Assembly (NCBI GenBank): GCA_045652245.1
Contig: JAZRTY010000033.1
Span: forward strand, 139,863 to 203,862
DNA length: 64,000 nt
DNA from: Eubacteriales bacterium
Lineage (GTDB): Bacteria > Bacillota > Clostridia > Oscillospirales > CAG-382
Direction of reading: 5' to 3'
The notes below the pieces were generated by a model, which saw only the letters and a program-made list of their open reading frames with translations, ran no database searches and was not told the DNA's origin. Both the position numbers and the translations under genes were made by a program. Positions 19,010 through 28,779 of the stretch are shown in pieces (within the stretch, counting starts at the first letter, position 1; each line of letters begins with the position of its first letter).

Positions 19010-19178
19010 AAAAATCTCCACTCCAACACTATCTGTGATGGCTCAAAAGGCTTGTAAAATCCTACACATCCATTATAAATACATTTATTACAAAAATCAA
19101 GTATTTTCTATAAATTTTGACATAATTTTAATATGCACCCACAAATGTAAAATTCGGGGTGCACATTAAGCAGAATTT

Positions 19179-19736
19179 TCATTGAATATTTCCGTAGCTT
19201 ACAGCATTTGAACGGTAATACTTAAATACATCAAGTGTCTTCTTGATAACATTCAGGTAAATAATACCCTTACCATTTTCATCATTGTAAAGTAAGTAAT
19301 AAAGCTCATCCTTTGAGTTACCACTCGAAATATCAATTACAACATCATATTTCCCGTTAACTACATCCGGATTTTCAGCCACCGGCGCAACCTTTTCAAT
19401 ATTCTGAGTCTTAATTTCGAGTATCAGCTTTCTGTCTTTTTCACCATAAATTTTGTAGCACTCAACAGTACCCTGAATAATTATGTACTCGTATTCAACG
19501 TTGGTAAATCTCCATAAATACCAGGAAAGTGCTGCTACTGCAACAAAGATTCCAATAGCCGCAGGCGGCATCTTAGAAATTACAAAAGCACCAACTGCAA
19601 TAAGTGCAATTGCGAGTACAATTATTCCGATTCTTTTGAGTAAGTTACTCTTATCCAATTTTCTTTTTACAAGGTATTCAGCGTAATTTGCACGCATTTT
19701 ATCTTCATCTGAAATTTTCCTAGCCTGACTTGCCAT
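19179..19736 (-). CDS. hypothetical membrane protein (two TM helices plus soluble C-terminal domain)
   Basis: 185 aa ORF. No function recognised. Confidence 0.6.
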   Translation of the reverse strand: MASQARKISDEDKMRANYAEYLVKRKLDKSNLLKRIGIIVLAIALIAVGAFVISKMPPAAIGIFVAVAALSWYLWRFTNVEYEYIIIQGTVECYKIYGEKDRKLILEIKTQNIEKVAPVAENPDVVNGKYDVVIDISSGNSKDELYYLLYNDENGKGIIYLNVIKKTLDVFKYYRSNAVSYGNIQ

Positions 19737-19922
19737 AACTAATTCTCCATTTCAAAGTATTTGTTATATAATACAATAATTTTTTGAATACAATATAAAA
19801 TATTATGTCTACATTTGTAACAATTTTGAACATAAATATTTTTATAAAATTTAATTAAAAAGTATATACAAACAAATAAATTTATGTTATAATAAAACAA
19901 CTAAAAATGAAAGGAAATTAAA

Positions 19923-20192
19923 ATGAAAGCAGTAATAACAGTTACAGGAAAAGACACAACAGGAATAATTGCAAAGGTATCAACATTATGTAGCGATTTT
20001 GATGCAAACATAATTGAAATAACGCAAAGCGTACTTAAAGAGTACTTTGCAATGGTAATGCTTGTTGAAATTGAAAAGCTATCATGTGAATTTGGTGATT
20101 TCGTTGACAAAATGAAAGTACTCGGTACTGAAAACAAATTAATTATTGAAGTAATGCACGAAGACATTTTCAACTCTATGCACAGAATTTGA
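19923..20192 (+). CDS. ACT domain protein (UPF0237)
   Basis: MKAVITVTGKDTTGIIAKVS is typical of the family. Paired with the downstream UPF0210 gene. Confidence 0.85.
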   Translation: MKAVITVTGKDTTGIIAKVSTLCSDFDANIIEITQSVLKEYFAMVMLVEIEKLSCEFGDFVDKMKVLGTENKLIIEVMHEDIFNSMHRI

Positions 20193-20204
20193 GGTAAATA
20201 ATAA

Positions 20205-21563
20205 ATGATAAATATAAGTGATATACTTGAAACTATAAATATGATTCGTGAGGATCATCTTGATGTCCGTACAATCACGATGGGAATATCACTTCTTGAT
20301 TGCAGGAGTGACGACAACAAGGTGCTTTGCGACAGAATCTATGACAAAATCACAAAATACGCAGAAAATCTTGTAAAAACAGGACAGGATATAGAAAAAC
20401 AGTTTGGAATACCGATAGTTAATAAAAGAGTATCTGTTACCCCCGTTTCACTTGTCGGAGGAAGCAGATCCCCCGAAGACTATGTAAATATCTGCAAGAC
20501 ACTTGACAGAGCTGCAAATACTCTCGGAATCAACTTTCTCGGAGGCTTCTCTGCTCTTGTACACAAAGGTACAACAAAGGCTGACGAGGTATTCATTGAT
20601 TCCATTCCTGAAGCGCTCTCAAGCACAAATTGTGTTTGTTCAAGTGTGAATATTGGTACAACAAGAGCAGGAATTAATATGGACGCTGTTGCAAAACTCG
20701 GCCATACAGTAAAAGAGCTTGCATATCTTACCAAAGACAACTTCTCAATCGGCTGTGCAAAGTTCGTTGTATTTGCAAACGCCCCCGAGGATAATCCCTT
20801 TATGGCAGGTGCCTTTCACGGTGTCGGAGAACCGGAGTGCGTTATAAATGTCGGCGTTTCAGGTCCGGGTGTTGTAAGAGCTGCAGTTGAAAAAGCAGGA
20901 GATTGTAATTTCTCCGAGCTTGCTGATATAATCAAGAAAACAGCCTTTAAGGTAACACGTATGGGACAGCTTGTAGCAGTTGAGGCATCAAACAGACTTG
21001 GTGTACCGTTTGGAATAGTTGACCTATCCCTTGCACCGACTCCGGCTGTCGGAGACTCGGTAGCACACATACTTGAGGCAATGGGACTTGAAAGCTGTGG
21101 TGCTCCGGGTACTACTGCAGCGCTTGCAATGCTTAATGATGCAGTAAAAAAAGGTGGTGCTATGGCATCTTCACACGTTGGTGGACTCTCAGGAGCGTTT
21201 ATTCCTGTTTCGGAAGACCAGGGTATGATTGATGCAGTTAACTGTGGCTCACTTACTCTTGAAAAGCTTGAGGCTATGACATCTGTATGCTCTGTTGGTC
21301 TTGACATGATTGCAATTCCGGGCGATACAAGTGCTGAAACAATCTCTGCAATTATCGCCGACGAAGCTGCAATCGGAATGATAAACGGTAAAACAACTGC
21401 CTGCAGACTTATCCCTGCCTACAGTAAAAATGTGGGTGACAAGGTTGAATTTGGTGGACTTCTCGGCTATGCACCGGTTATAGCAGTTAACAAGTTCAGT
21501 TCAGAAAAATTTATCGCACGTGGTGGAAGAATCCCGGCACCTATTCATTCTTTGAGAAACTAA
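20205..21563 (+). CDS. PFL-like UPF0210 (DUF711) family protein
   Basis: 452 aa with the typical N-terminus [27 protein letters not shown]. Conserved partner of the ACT/UPF0237 gene. Confidence 0.85.
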   Translation: MINISDILETINMIREDHLDVRTITMGISLLDCRSDDNKVLCDRIYDKITKYAENLVKTGQDIEKQFGIPIVNKRVSVTPVSLVGGSRSPEDYVNICKTLDRAANTLGINFLGGFSALVHKGTTKADEVFIDSIPEALSSTNCVCSSVNIGTTRAGINMDAVAKLGHTVKELAYLTKDNFSIGCAKFVVFANAPEDNPFMAGAFHGVGEPECVINVGVSGPGVVRAAVEKAGDCNFSELADIIKKTAFKVTRMGQLVAVEASNRLGVPFGIVDLSLAPTPAVGDSVAHILEAMGLESCGAPGTTAALAMLNDAVKKGGAMASSHVGGLSGAFIPVSEDQGMIDAVNCGSLTLEKLEAMTSVCSVGLDMIAIPGDTSAETISAIIADEAAIGMINGKTTACRLIPAYSKNVGDKVEFGGLLGYAPVIAVNKFSSEKFIARGGRIPAPIHSLRN

Positions 21564-21582
21564 TTTTAGCTAATAAAAGATT

Positions 21583-21610
21583 AAAGGCTACTGCTTTTGC
21601 AGTAGCCTTT
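21583..21610. terminator. bidirectional terminator between the UPF0210 gene and ackA
   Basis: AAAGGCTACTGC-TTTT-GCAGTAGCCTTT perfect hairpin. Confidence 0.8.
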
Positions 21611-21624
21611 AAATATTTTAGGAA

Positions 21625-22827
21625 TTATTTTGAAACAAGCTCAAGAGTATCTCTTGCAATCATAAGCTCTTCATTTGTAGGAATAACAAGTACCTTTACC
21701 TTTGAATCAGGAGTAGATACGTCATTTTCAACTGAAGTAACCTTAGCTTTTGCATTGAGCTCGGGATCAATCTTCGCACCGAGGAATTCAAGATTTTTAA
21801 CAACATTTGCTCTAAGCCCCGGATTGTTTTCTCCGATACCACCACAGAATACGATAGCATCAACACCGCCCATAGCAGCAGCAAAGCCGCCGATATACTT
21901 TGTAAGCTGATGACACATCATCTTTTCAACAAGCTGAGCTCTTTCATCACCACTCTTGGATGCTTCTTCAACTGCTCTGTTATCACTTGACTTTTCAAAT
22001 ATACCGAGAATACCCGACTGCTTGTTCATAACCTTATCAATACCGTCAGCATCAAGACCTTCCTTCTTCATAAGGAATGTAACGATTGACGGGTCGATAG
22101 AACCGCAACGAGTCCCCATCATAATACCTTCGAGAGGTGTAAGTCCCATTGTAGTATCAAGACATTTTCCGTTTTCAATAGCAGCAATTGAAGAACCATT
22201 ACCAAGATGACAGGTAACAATCTTCAAATCCTTTCTGCCAAGTATATCGGCAGCACGAAGTGAAACGTATCTGTGAGATGTACCATGGAAGCCATATCTT
22301 CTGATTTTGTACTTTTCGTAGAACTTGTAAGGAAGTGCATACATATAAGCATAATCAGGCATTGTCTGATGGAAACCTGTATCAAACACACCGATCTGAG
22401 GAACGCCGGGCATAAGCTGTGCACAAGCCTTAATACCTGTAAGGTTATGAGGATTGTGAAGTGGGCTGAGCTCAGAACACTCAACGAGAGTGTCAATTAC
22501 CTCGTCGGTAATTATTACAGAACCGGAAAATCTGTCAGCGCCATGAACTACTCTGTGACCTACAGCTGAAATTTCGTCAAATGACTTAAGAACACCATGC
22601 TTTTCACAAACAAGATTATCCATAACAATCTTAATTGCCTCAGCATGATTTGCCATTTTACATTCAGTAACATATTTATAATCCTTATCAGGAATTTTGT
22701 ATGTAAAAGAACCTACCTCATCACCAATCTGCTCACAAATACCCTTTGCAAGTACAGATTCATTATCCATATCAAAAACCTGATATTTTACCGAAGAACT
22801 ACCGGCATTTATAACTAAAATTTTCAT
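21625..22827 (-). CDS. ackA: acetate kinase
   Basis: MKILVINAGSSSVKYQ...GFHGTSH...GGIGEN, canonical AckA. Confidence 0.95.
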   Translation of the reverse strand: MKILVINAGSSSVKYQVFDMDNESVLAKGICEQIGDEVGSFTYKIPDKDYKYVTECKMANHAEAIKIVMDNLVCEKHGVLKSFDEISAVGHRVVHGADRFSGSVIITDEVIDTLVECSELSPLHNPHNLTGIKACAQLMPGVPQIGVFDTGFHQTMPDYAYMYALPYKFYEKYKIRRYGFHGTSHRYVSLRAADILGRKDLKIVTCHLGNGSSIAAIENGKCLDTTMGLTPLEGIMMGTRCGSIDPSIVTFLMKKEGLDADGIDKVMNKQSGILGIFEKSSDNRAVEEASKSGDERAQLVEKMMCHQLTKYIGGFAAAMGGVDAIVFCGGIGENNPGLRANVVKNLEFLGAKIDPELNAKAKVTSVENDVSTPDSKVKVLVIPTNEELMIARDTLELVSK

Positions 22828-22898
22828 AAAATTACTCCTTTCAAAAATACATAATTACGCCCTTCGTGTTGAAGAGCGTAATTCAGATATTAACCTAA

Positions 22899-23213
22899 TT
22901 ATTCCTCGTGACAGCAGCAATCAGATCCTTCGGCACAGTCACAATCGTCACCACAATCGCAATCATCGCAATCACAGTCACAATCGTCATCACATTCAAA
23001 AAGAACCTGTTCAACCTCACCGAGGTCTTCGTCAAGCTCATCGCAGTAGTCAAAAAGTGTATCAACGTCATCAGTCATTACGTCAATTTCTTCTGACATA
23101 TCAGCAAGAACATCAACAATAAGAGTAATAAGCTTTCCTTCGTTAGTATCAGAAGAAAAATTCATGCCTTCCATCACACCTTTTAAATGTGCAACCTTTT
23201 CACTAATTGTCAT
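22899..23213 (-). CDS. small hyper-acidic protein with Asp/Cys-repeat C-terminal tail; function unknown
   Basis: 104 aa. A helical acidic N-terminal part is followed by ECDDDCDCDCDDCDCGDDCDCAEGSDCCCHEE. 12 Cys in total, 11 of them in the last 31 residues. Confidence 0.65.
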   Translation of the reverse strand: MTISEKVAHLKGVMEGMNFSSDTNEGKLITLIVDVLADMSEEIDVMTDDVDTLFDYCDELDEDLGEVEQVLFECDDDCDCDCDDCDCGDDCDCAEGSDCCCHEE

Positions 23214-23236
23214 AGCAGTGTCCTCCTTAAATTCAG

Positions 23237-23803
23237 TTATTTATTGTTAACTCTTTCGATATATTCACTTGTTCTTGTGTCAATTTTAAGAACATCACCG
23301 ATGTTAACAAAAAGCGGAACCTTAATTTCAGCACCTGTTTCAAGAGTAGCAGGCTTAGCTGCACCCGTAGCAGTATCACCCTTAAAGCCGGGTTCAGTTT
23401 CAGTAACCTCAAGTTCTACAAACATAGGCGGTTCGATAGCAAAAACATTGCCCTTATAAGAACAAACCTTGCAAGACATATTTTCCTTTACAAACTTAAA
23501 GCTGTCACCAAGCTTGTCAGCGTTAATCGGAATCTGCTCATAGCTTTCAGTATCCATAAAGTAGTAAAGCTCACCATCATTGTAAAGGTATTCCATATCC
23601 TTTCTTTCAACGAGAGCTGTCGGGAATTTTTCAGTAGGGTTAAAGGATGTTTCAATTACAGCACCTGTAATTACATTACGAAGCTTAGTTCTAACGAATG
23701 CAGCTCCTTTACCGGGCTTTACGTGCTGGAATTCAACAATCTGACAAACCTTTCCGTCCCATTCAAAAGTAAGACCGTTTTTAAAATCTCCTGCTGATAT
23801 CAT
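23237..23803 (-). CDS. efp: elongation factor P
   Basis: [43 protein letters not shown], canonical EF-P. Confidence 0.97.
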   Translation of the reverse strand: MISAGDFKNGLTFEWDGKVCQIVEFQHVKPGKGAAFVRTKLRNVITGAVIETSFNPTEKFPTALVERKDMEYLYNDGELYYFMDTESYEQIPINADKLGDSFKFVKENMSCKVCSYKGNVFAIEPPMFVELEVTETEPGFKGDTATGAAKPATLETGAEIKVPLFVNIGDVLKIDTRTSEYIERVNNK

Positions 23804-23897
23804 ATTTTATCCTCCATTTAATAATTGTATGCGTACACATACACAAAATTTTACATATCTATTATACTACAAAGTAATGAAAATTTCAAGTCTTTTT

Positions 23898-24977
23898 TTA
23901 AATAATTATCAAATCTTTTGAAGATTTGGTAAAATTTTCATATGAAAATTCTGTCACGTTAACAATATCTTCAATTCTCACACCAAATTTTCCCTCAATA
24001 TATATTCCGGGTTCGACACTAATAACAACATTTTTCGGGATTTCCATATCACAGGACGGAGAAAACCCCGGCATTTCGTGAACATCTATACCAAGAGAAT
24101 GCCCTGTCGAGTGGCCGAAGCAACCCTTATACCCGCAAGAGTAAATGAAATCACGAGCCGCAGCATCAACCTTTTTCCCCACACATCCCTCAAAAATCTC
24201 GGTTAATGCTCTTTTTTGTGCTTCAAGCACCGTATTATAAACGCGAATCATCTCGTCAGTAGGTTTACCAATACAAACCGTTCTTGTCATATCCGAACAG
24301 TAGCCCTCAACTCTTGCTCCGAAATCCATTGTCAGAAAACCTTTGGAAAGCTTAATATTTTCGGGTCTTCCATGTGGGAGTGAACTCTTTGTACCGGAAA
24401 CACTGATAGTCTCAAAGGCAGCACAGTCAGCTCCATTACGACGCATAAAGGACTCGATCTCAAGAGCAACCCCGGTTTCTGTTACATCGGAGCTTAAAAA
24501 ACCAAGAATATGAGAAAACGCCTTATCTGTAATTTCCTGCGCTTTACGGATTTTTGATAGCTCTTCATCATCCTTGGAATATCTGCACTCCTCAATTGAA
24601 TTACCGATAAAACAAAGCTCACAAAAACCTGAAATTTCACTTTTCAGAGTATTAAACTCGGCTACAGTCAAACTTTTATCTTCGCAAAGAAGTCTTTTGA
24701 CCTTATTATTTTCTATAAACTCTGTTATGTATTCCTTCCTTTTCTTCTCAATGAGAACGATTTTAAGTCCCGGTTGCAGCTTATGTGCATTATTTTTTAA
24801 AACCGCCATTTCATAGTATCTGAAATCCAGATACAAAACAGCTTCACATTCAGATATAAGCATAAAGCCGGCAGATGAATTAAATCCTGACGCATAAAAT
24901 CTGTTGCTGTCTGAGGTGATGATTAGTGCATCACCTTTAGCTTTTATAGCCTTTCGTATTTTTTCAATATGTGACAT
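23898..24977 (-). CDS. M24 family Xaa-Pro aminopeptidase/dipeptidase
   Basis: Creatinase-like N-domain plus M24 metal ligand motifs (DFGARVEGYCSDMTRT, HSTGHSLGIDVHE, EPGIY, RIED). Usual neighbour of efp. Confidence 0.85.
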   Translation of the reverse strand: MSHIEKIRKAIKAKGDALIITSDSNRFYASGFNSSAGFMLISECEAVLYLDFRYYEMAVLKNNAHKLQPGLKIVLIEKKRKEYITEFIENNKVKRLLCEDKSLTVAEFNTLKSEISGFCELCFIGNSIEECRYSKDDEELSKIRKAQEITDKAFSHILGFLSSDVTETGVALEIESFMRRNGADCAAFETISVSGTKSSLPHGRPENIKLSKGFLTMDFGARVEGYCSDMTRTVCIGKPTDEMIRVYNTVLEAQKRALTEIFEGCVGKKVDAAARDFIYSCGYKGCFGHSTGHSLGIDVHEMPGFSPSCDMEIPKNVVISVEPGIYIEGKFGVRIEDIVNVTEFSYENFTKSSKDLIII

Positions 24978-24992
24978 ATAAAATCTCCGGAA

Positions 24993-25853
24993 TCAAGCGA
25001 AATATTTAAGATATTCATTTTTCATTGCAAGTGCATCCTCTGCCATAGTTCCGCAGGACTCACAGATTATGGTCGGAGATACAGAAAGCTCATATACAGC
25101 CTTCATGAGAGGCTCAAAGTCAGGCCCGAATGTACTATCTTCAAAAGTAAGATGCTTTTTTTCCCCACCTTTGGTATATTCAATTTTTGAAAAATGACAA
25201 TGTAAATTTTCGGCAAACTCAGAACAGAGCGATGAACCTATTGTGTCAAAAACTCTCTTATAATCATCACTTGTACAGAAAACGCCTCCAAGCTCTCTCG
25301 CATTCATATGCCCGAAGTCAACAACAGGACGAACATTCTTGTCAACACGGCAAAGCTCAATAACCTCAGAAAGTGTACCGAGCTGATTTACCTTACCCAT
25401 CGTTTCAATCCCGATAAGAACATCGTCATAAAGATTTTCTTCCTTTAGTCTTTCAATACAAAAAGCAAGTGCATCTTTTGCATAATCAAGAGCTGTTCCC
25501 CTATCAAGCTTTGCAGTACTTCCTGCGTGAACAACAATAGTCTTTGCACGAAGTGCAATAGCACACTTGGCACTATCTATAAAATATCTTGCACTCCCTT
25601 TTCTCTTTTCTTCCTCAACAGAAGAAAGGGAAATAAAATACGGTGCGTGTACAGATAGGCTTATGCCGTGTTTGTGCGCTTCGTCACCAATTTTTTTAAA
25701 GGTTTCAACGCTGCCTCGAATTCCATTCCCACCTTCGTATTCGTAAGCGTCAAGTCCTTTACTTTTAACCCATTCCGGTGCCTGAAAGGTTGACTTGAAG
25801 CCTTCATTGTAAAAGCTTTCTGAATTTCCACCCGGTCCGAATTTTGCTGACAT
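24993..25853 (-). CDS. xylose-isomerase-like TIM barrel protein (AP endonuclease 2 / endonuclease IV-like family)
   Basis: 286 aa with an AP_endonuc_2-like pattern (SVHAPYFISL, VVHAG, IETMG, DFGHMNA). The exact activity is not inferable. Confidence 0.6.
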   Translation of the reverse strand: MSAKFGPGGNSESFYNEGFKSTFQAPEWVKSKGLDAYEYEGGNGIRGSVETFKKIGDEAHKHGISLSVHAPYFISLSSVEEEKRKGSARYFIDSAKCAIALRAKTIVVHAGSTAKLDRGTALDYAKDALAFCIERLKEENLYDDVLIGIETMGKVNQLGTLSEVIELCRVDKNVRPVVDFGHMNARELGGVFCTSDDYKRVFDTIGSSLCSEFAENLHCHFSKIEYTKGGEKKHLTFEDSTFGPDFEPLMKAVYELSVSPTIICESCGTMAEDALAMKNEYLKYFA

Positions 25854-25866
25854 ATTAGCTCCTTAA

Positions 25867-27537
25867 TTAATTTATAGTTTTATTTTCAATAAGCTCCTTA
25901 GCTGCTTTCCTTGCAGTTTCAGTAACACCAATACCCGAAATAATCCTTGCAATTTCATCAGTTCTGTTCTGACCTGAAAGCTCGGCAACTGAAGTTGTAG
26001 TTCTGCCGGCATTTTCTGCCTTCGAAACAAAGAAATGAGTATTTGCAAGCGAAGCAATCTGTGCAGAATGCGTAACGCAAAGTACTTCCCTCTCACTTGA
26101 AATTTGCAGAAGCTTTAAACCAAGCTTTCTAGCCGTCTTTCCCGATACACCTGCATCAACCTCATCAAAAATCATTGTTTCAACACTGTCTTTTTCGGCA
26201 ATAACACACTTGATTGCAAGCATAATTCTTGCAAGCTCACCGCCGGATGCTGTCTTTGAAAGTGATTTGAATTCTTCACCTTTGTTAGTACATACCAGAA
26301 ATTCAACCATATCCTTGCCACTTGCGCAAAGCTCTGTTTCTTTTATATCAACACGGAAATTCACACCGTTCATATCAAGAAATTCGAGTTCCTTCATTAT
26401 AAGACCGGAGAGCTTATTTCCACTTTCGGTTCTGTGCTTTGTAAGAGCAGTTGCAGATTTTTCAAGTAAAGGAAGCAGTTTTTCTATTTTTTGATTCAAC
26501 TCATGTTGCAATTCCTCTGAGCTTTCAATTTCCGAAAGCTCCTTCTCACAGCCTTCAAGATAAACGAGAATTTCCGAAATATCAGCACCGTATTTCATTT
26601 TCAATTTACTGATAATATCAAGTCTTCCCTCAATTCTGTCAAGAAGCATATCGGGATTTTCATCACTTGCTTCGATATTCTCATAAAGAAGCTCTGCAAT
26701 ATCGAGAATTTTATATTTATAGTCCTCAAGCTGTTCGATATATTCGTTTCCGTTCGGAATAATCTCGCACACCGACTTTATGCTTGAAACAGCTTTATTT
26801 ATATTTTCGGTAACACTTCCACTTTCATTGTATAGCAGATCATATGCAGAAATAATATGCTTTGAAATTTTCTCAATATTGCGAATTTTGTTTTTTTCCG
26901 AATTCAGTTCTTCCTCTTCGCCAACCTTCAGCTTTGCCTTTTTAATTTCAGTAATCTGATATTTAAGCAAATCAATTCTTCGCTGTTTTTCTTTTTCATC
27001 AAATTCAAGGAGTGATAATTTCTTTTTTAGGTCTGTATATTCATCATATAGCTTTCTATAATCAGACAACAAATCGGAAATTTCACCAAACGAGTCAAGG
27101 ATTTTAATGTGCTTATCGGGATTCAGAAGCTCGCCATTATGATGCTGTCCATGTATATTTACAAGATATGCCGAAACATCACGCAAAATTGAGACGGGAA
27201 TCTGGCGACCATTAATTTTTACACTTCCCTTTCCGTCAATGGATAGAGTTCTTCGTATAAACAAACAACCTTCCTCATCAGGAGTAATTCCGGCTTCTGC
27301 ACATTTGGCAATGGTTTCCTCGGATAAGTCGCAAAAAAGAACCTCTACAGTACACGATTGCGCATCTTTTCTTATAATATCCTTATCAGCACGATTTCCG
27401 AGTGCAAAGCCAATTGCATCTATTATAATACTTTTACCCGCTCCTGTTTCGCCTGTAAAGGTCGAAAATCCTTTTTCAAAGCTTATATTTAAAGAGGAAA
27501 TCAGAGCAATATTTTCTATATAAACAGAAGATAACAT
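25867..27537 (-). CDS. recN: DNA repair protein RecN
   Basis: SMC-like protein with N-terminal Walker A (FTGETGAGKSIIIDAI), a long coiled coil and the C-terminal signature SGGELARIMLA...FDEVDAGVSG. Confidence 0.95.
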   Translation of the reverse strand: MLSSVYIENIALISSLNISFEKGFSTFTGETGAGKSIIIDAIGFALGNRADKDIIRKDAQSCTVEVLFCDLSEETIAKCAEAGITPDEEGCLFIRRTLSIDGKGSVKINGRQIPVSILRDVSAYLVNIHGQHHNGELLNPDKHIKILDSFGEISDLLSDYRKLYDEYTDLKKKLSLLEFDEKEKQRRIDLLKYQITEIKKAKLKVGEEEELNSEKNKIRNIEKISKHIISAYDLLYNESGSVTENINKAVSSIKSVCEIIPNGNEYIEQLEDYKYKILDIAELLYENIEASDENPDMLLDRIEGRLDIISKLKMKYGADISEILVYLEGCEKELSEIESSEELQHELNQKIEKLLPLLEKSATALTKHRTESGNKLSGLIMKELEFLDMNGVNFRVDIKETELCASGKDMVEFLVCTNKGEEFKSLSKTASGGELARIMLAIKCVIAEKDSVETMIFDEVDAGVSGKTARKLGLKLLQISSEREVLCVTHSAQIASLANTHFFVSKAENAGRTTTSVAELSGQNRTDEIARIISGIGVTETARKAAKELIENKTIN

Positions 27538-27550
27538 TTTTCCTCCTTGG

Positions 27551-28024
27551 TTACATAATAAGAGCTTCTATTTTTCTGACAAAATCGGTTGCCTCGTCAT
27601 TTGTACGAACAATAATAAGTACAGTATCATCTCCTGCAATAGTACCGAGGATATCAGGTATATTCATCGAATCAAGAGCTGCAGCCGAGCCTTGTGCCAT
27701 ACCTGCATAGGTCTTGATTACAACAAGGTTACCTGCACAATCGACGCTGACAATTGCCTGACCTAAAATTGATTTGAATTTTGCACCAATTACAGAATCG
27801 GTTTCATCACGAGAGGTATTAATAGAGTATTTATACCTGTTTTCAGTCCCCTTTGCACCGTGAAGTGCAACCTTGATAAGACGCAAAGCCTTGATATCAC
27901 GGGAAACGGTTGCCTGAGTAACAACAAAGCCTTCCTTTTTGAGGAATTCTGTAAGTTCCTCCTGTGTTTCAACATCATTTTTTGAAATAATCTCAAGGAT
28001 TTTTTCGTGTCTTAATGATTTCAT
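27551..28024 (-). CDS. argR: arginine repressor
   Basis: MKSLRHEKILEIISKNDVETQEELTEFLKKEGFVVTQATVSRDIKAL plus the C-terminal GTIAGDDTVLI motif. Start moved to the internal ATG. Confidence 0.9.
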   Translation of the reverse strand: MKSLRHEKILEIISKNDVETQEELTEFLKKEGFVVTQATVSRDIKALRLIKVALHGAKGTENRYKYSINTSRDETDSVIGAKFKSILGQAIVSVDCAGNLVVIKTYAGMAQGSAAALDSMNIPDILGTIAGDDTVLIIVRTNDEATDFVRKIEALIM

Positions 28025-28047
28025 TTTCGGCAAATCTCCATTCAATA

Positions 28048-28779
28048 TTATTTTCGTATAAATGCTGCTAAATATTCTGTATTACCACTTCCACCGAGTA
28101 TTGGTGATTTTGTACTTCCAATAAGTAAATACCCCTCGTTTTCAGCGAAAGAAATTATATCCTCTAAAACCTTCCGGTGCACCTTTTCACTCTTTACAAT
28201 TCCGTTTTTATTAAGATGCTCTCTGCCTGCCTCAAACTGTGGTTTTATAAGGATAATAGCTGTCCCTCCAACCTTGAGTACATTCTTAAAACTCGGCAGA
28301 ACAAGCTTCTGCGAAATAAACGAAAGGTCTGAAACTAAAATATCAACGGGACAATTTTCTACAATTTCACAAGTAAGGCTTCGTGCATTTACCCCCTCTA
28401 GATTTATAACCTTTGGATTTGCAAGCAAAGAACTGTGCAACTGCCCGTGACCTATATCAACTGCATAAACCTTATCTATACCTCTTTGAAGCAAACAATC
28501 GGTAAAACCACCTGTAGACGCACCGACATCAATTGCTCTTAGAGAATTCACGTTTATTCCGAAGGTATCAAGAGCACATTCAAGCTTAATCCCACCACGG
28601 CCAACATATTCATTTACTTCACTGTCTTTTACAATAATAACATCTTCATCACTAACATCAAGAGAAGATTTAAGAACTGTTTTCCCATTAACGGTAACCC
28701 TCATATCGGTAATGGCATTTTTTGCTTTTTCGCGACTTTCAAAATAGCCGTTTTCAACAAGAAATACATCGATTCTCAT
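28048..28779 (-). CDS. tlyA: TlyA family rRNA (cytidine-2'-O)-methyltransferase
   Basis: S4 domain (MRIDVFLVENGYFESREKAK) plus FtsJ-like SAM motif (AIDVGASTGGFTDCLL). Confidence 0.9.
   Translation of the reverse strand: MRIDVFLVENGYFESREKAKNAITDMRVTVNGKTVLKSSLDVSDEDVIIVKDSEVNEYVGRGGIKLECALDTFGINVNSLRAIDVGASTGGFTDCLLQRGIDKVYAVDIGHGQLHSSLLANPKVINLEGVNARSLTCEIVENCPVDILVSDLSFISQKLVLPSFKNVLKVGGTAIILIKPQFEAGREHLNKNGIVKSEKVHRKVLEDIISFAENEGYLLIGSTKSPILGGSGNTEYLAAFIRK

Noticed and set aside
20816-21307. 163 aa minus-strand ORF inside the UPF0210 gene
   Set aside because: It is antisense to a conserved full-length gene and has no RBS or family resemblance.
22902-22997. Degenerate GAY-TGY microrepeat as a non-coding tandem repeat or CRISPR-like array
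   Set aside because: It lies in-frame at the 3' end of a 104-codon ORF with an RBS. The units are 6 nt with no spacers. It is coding low-complexity sequence, reported instead as a protein-level finding.
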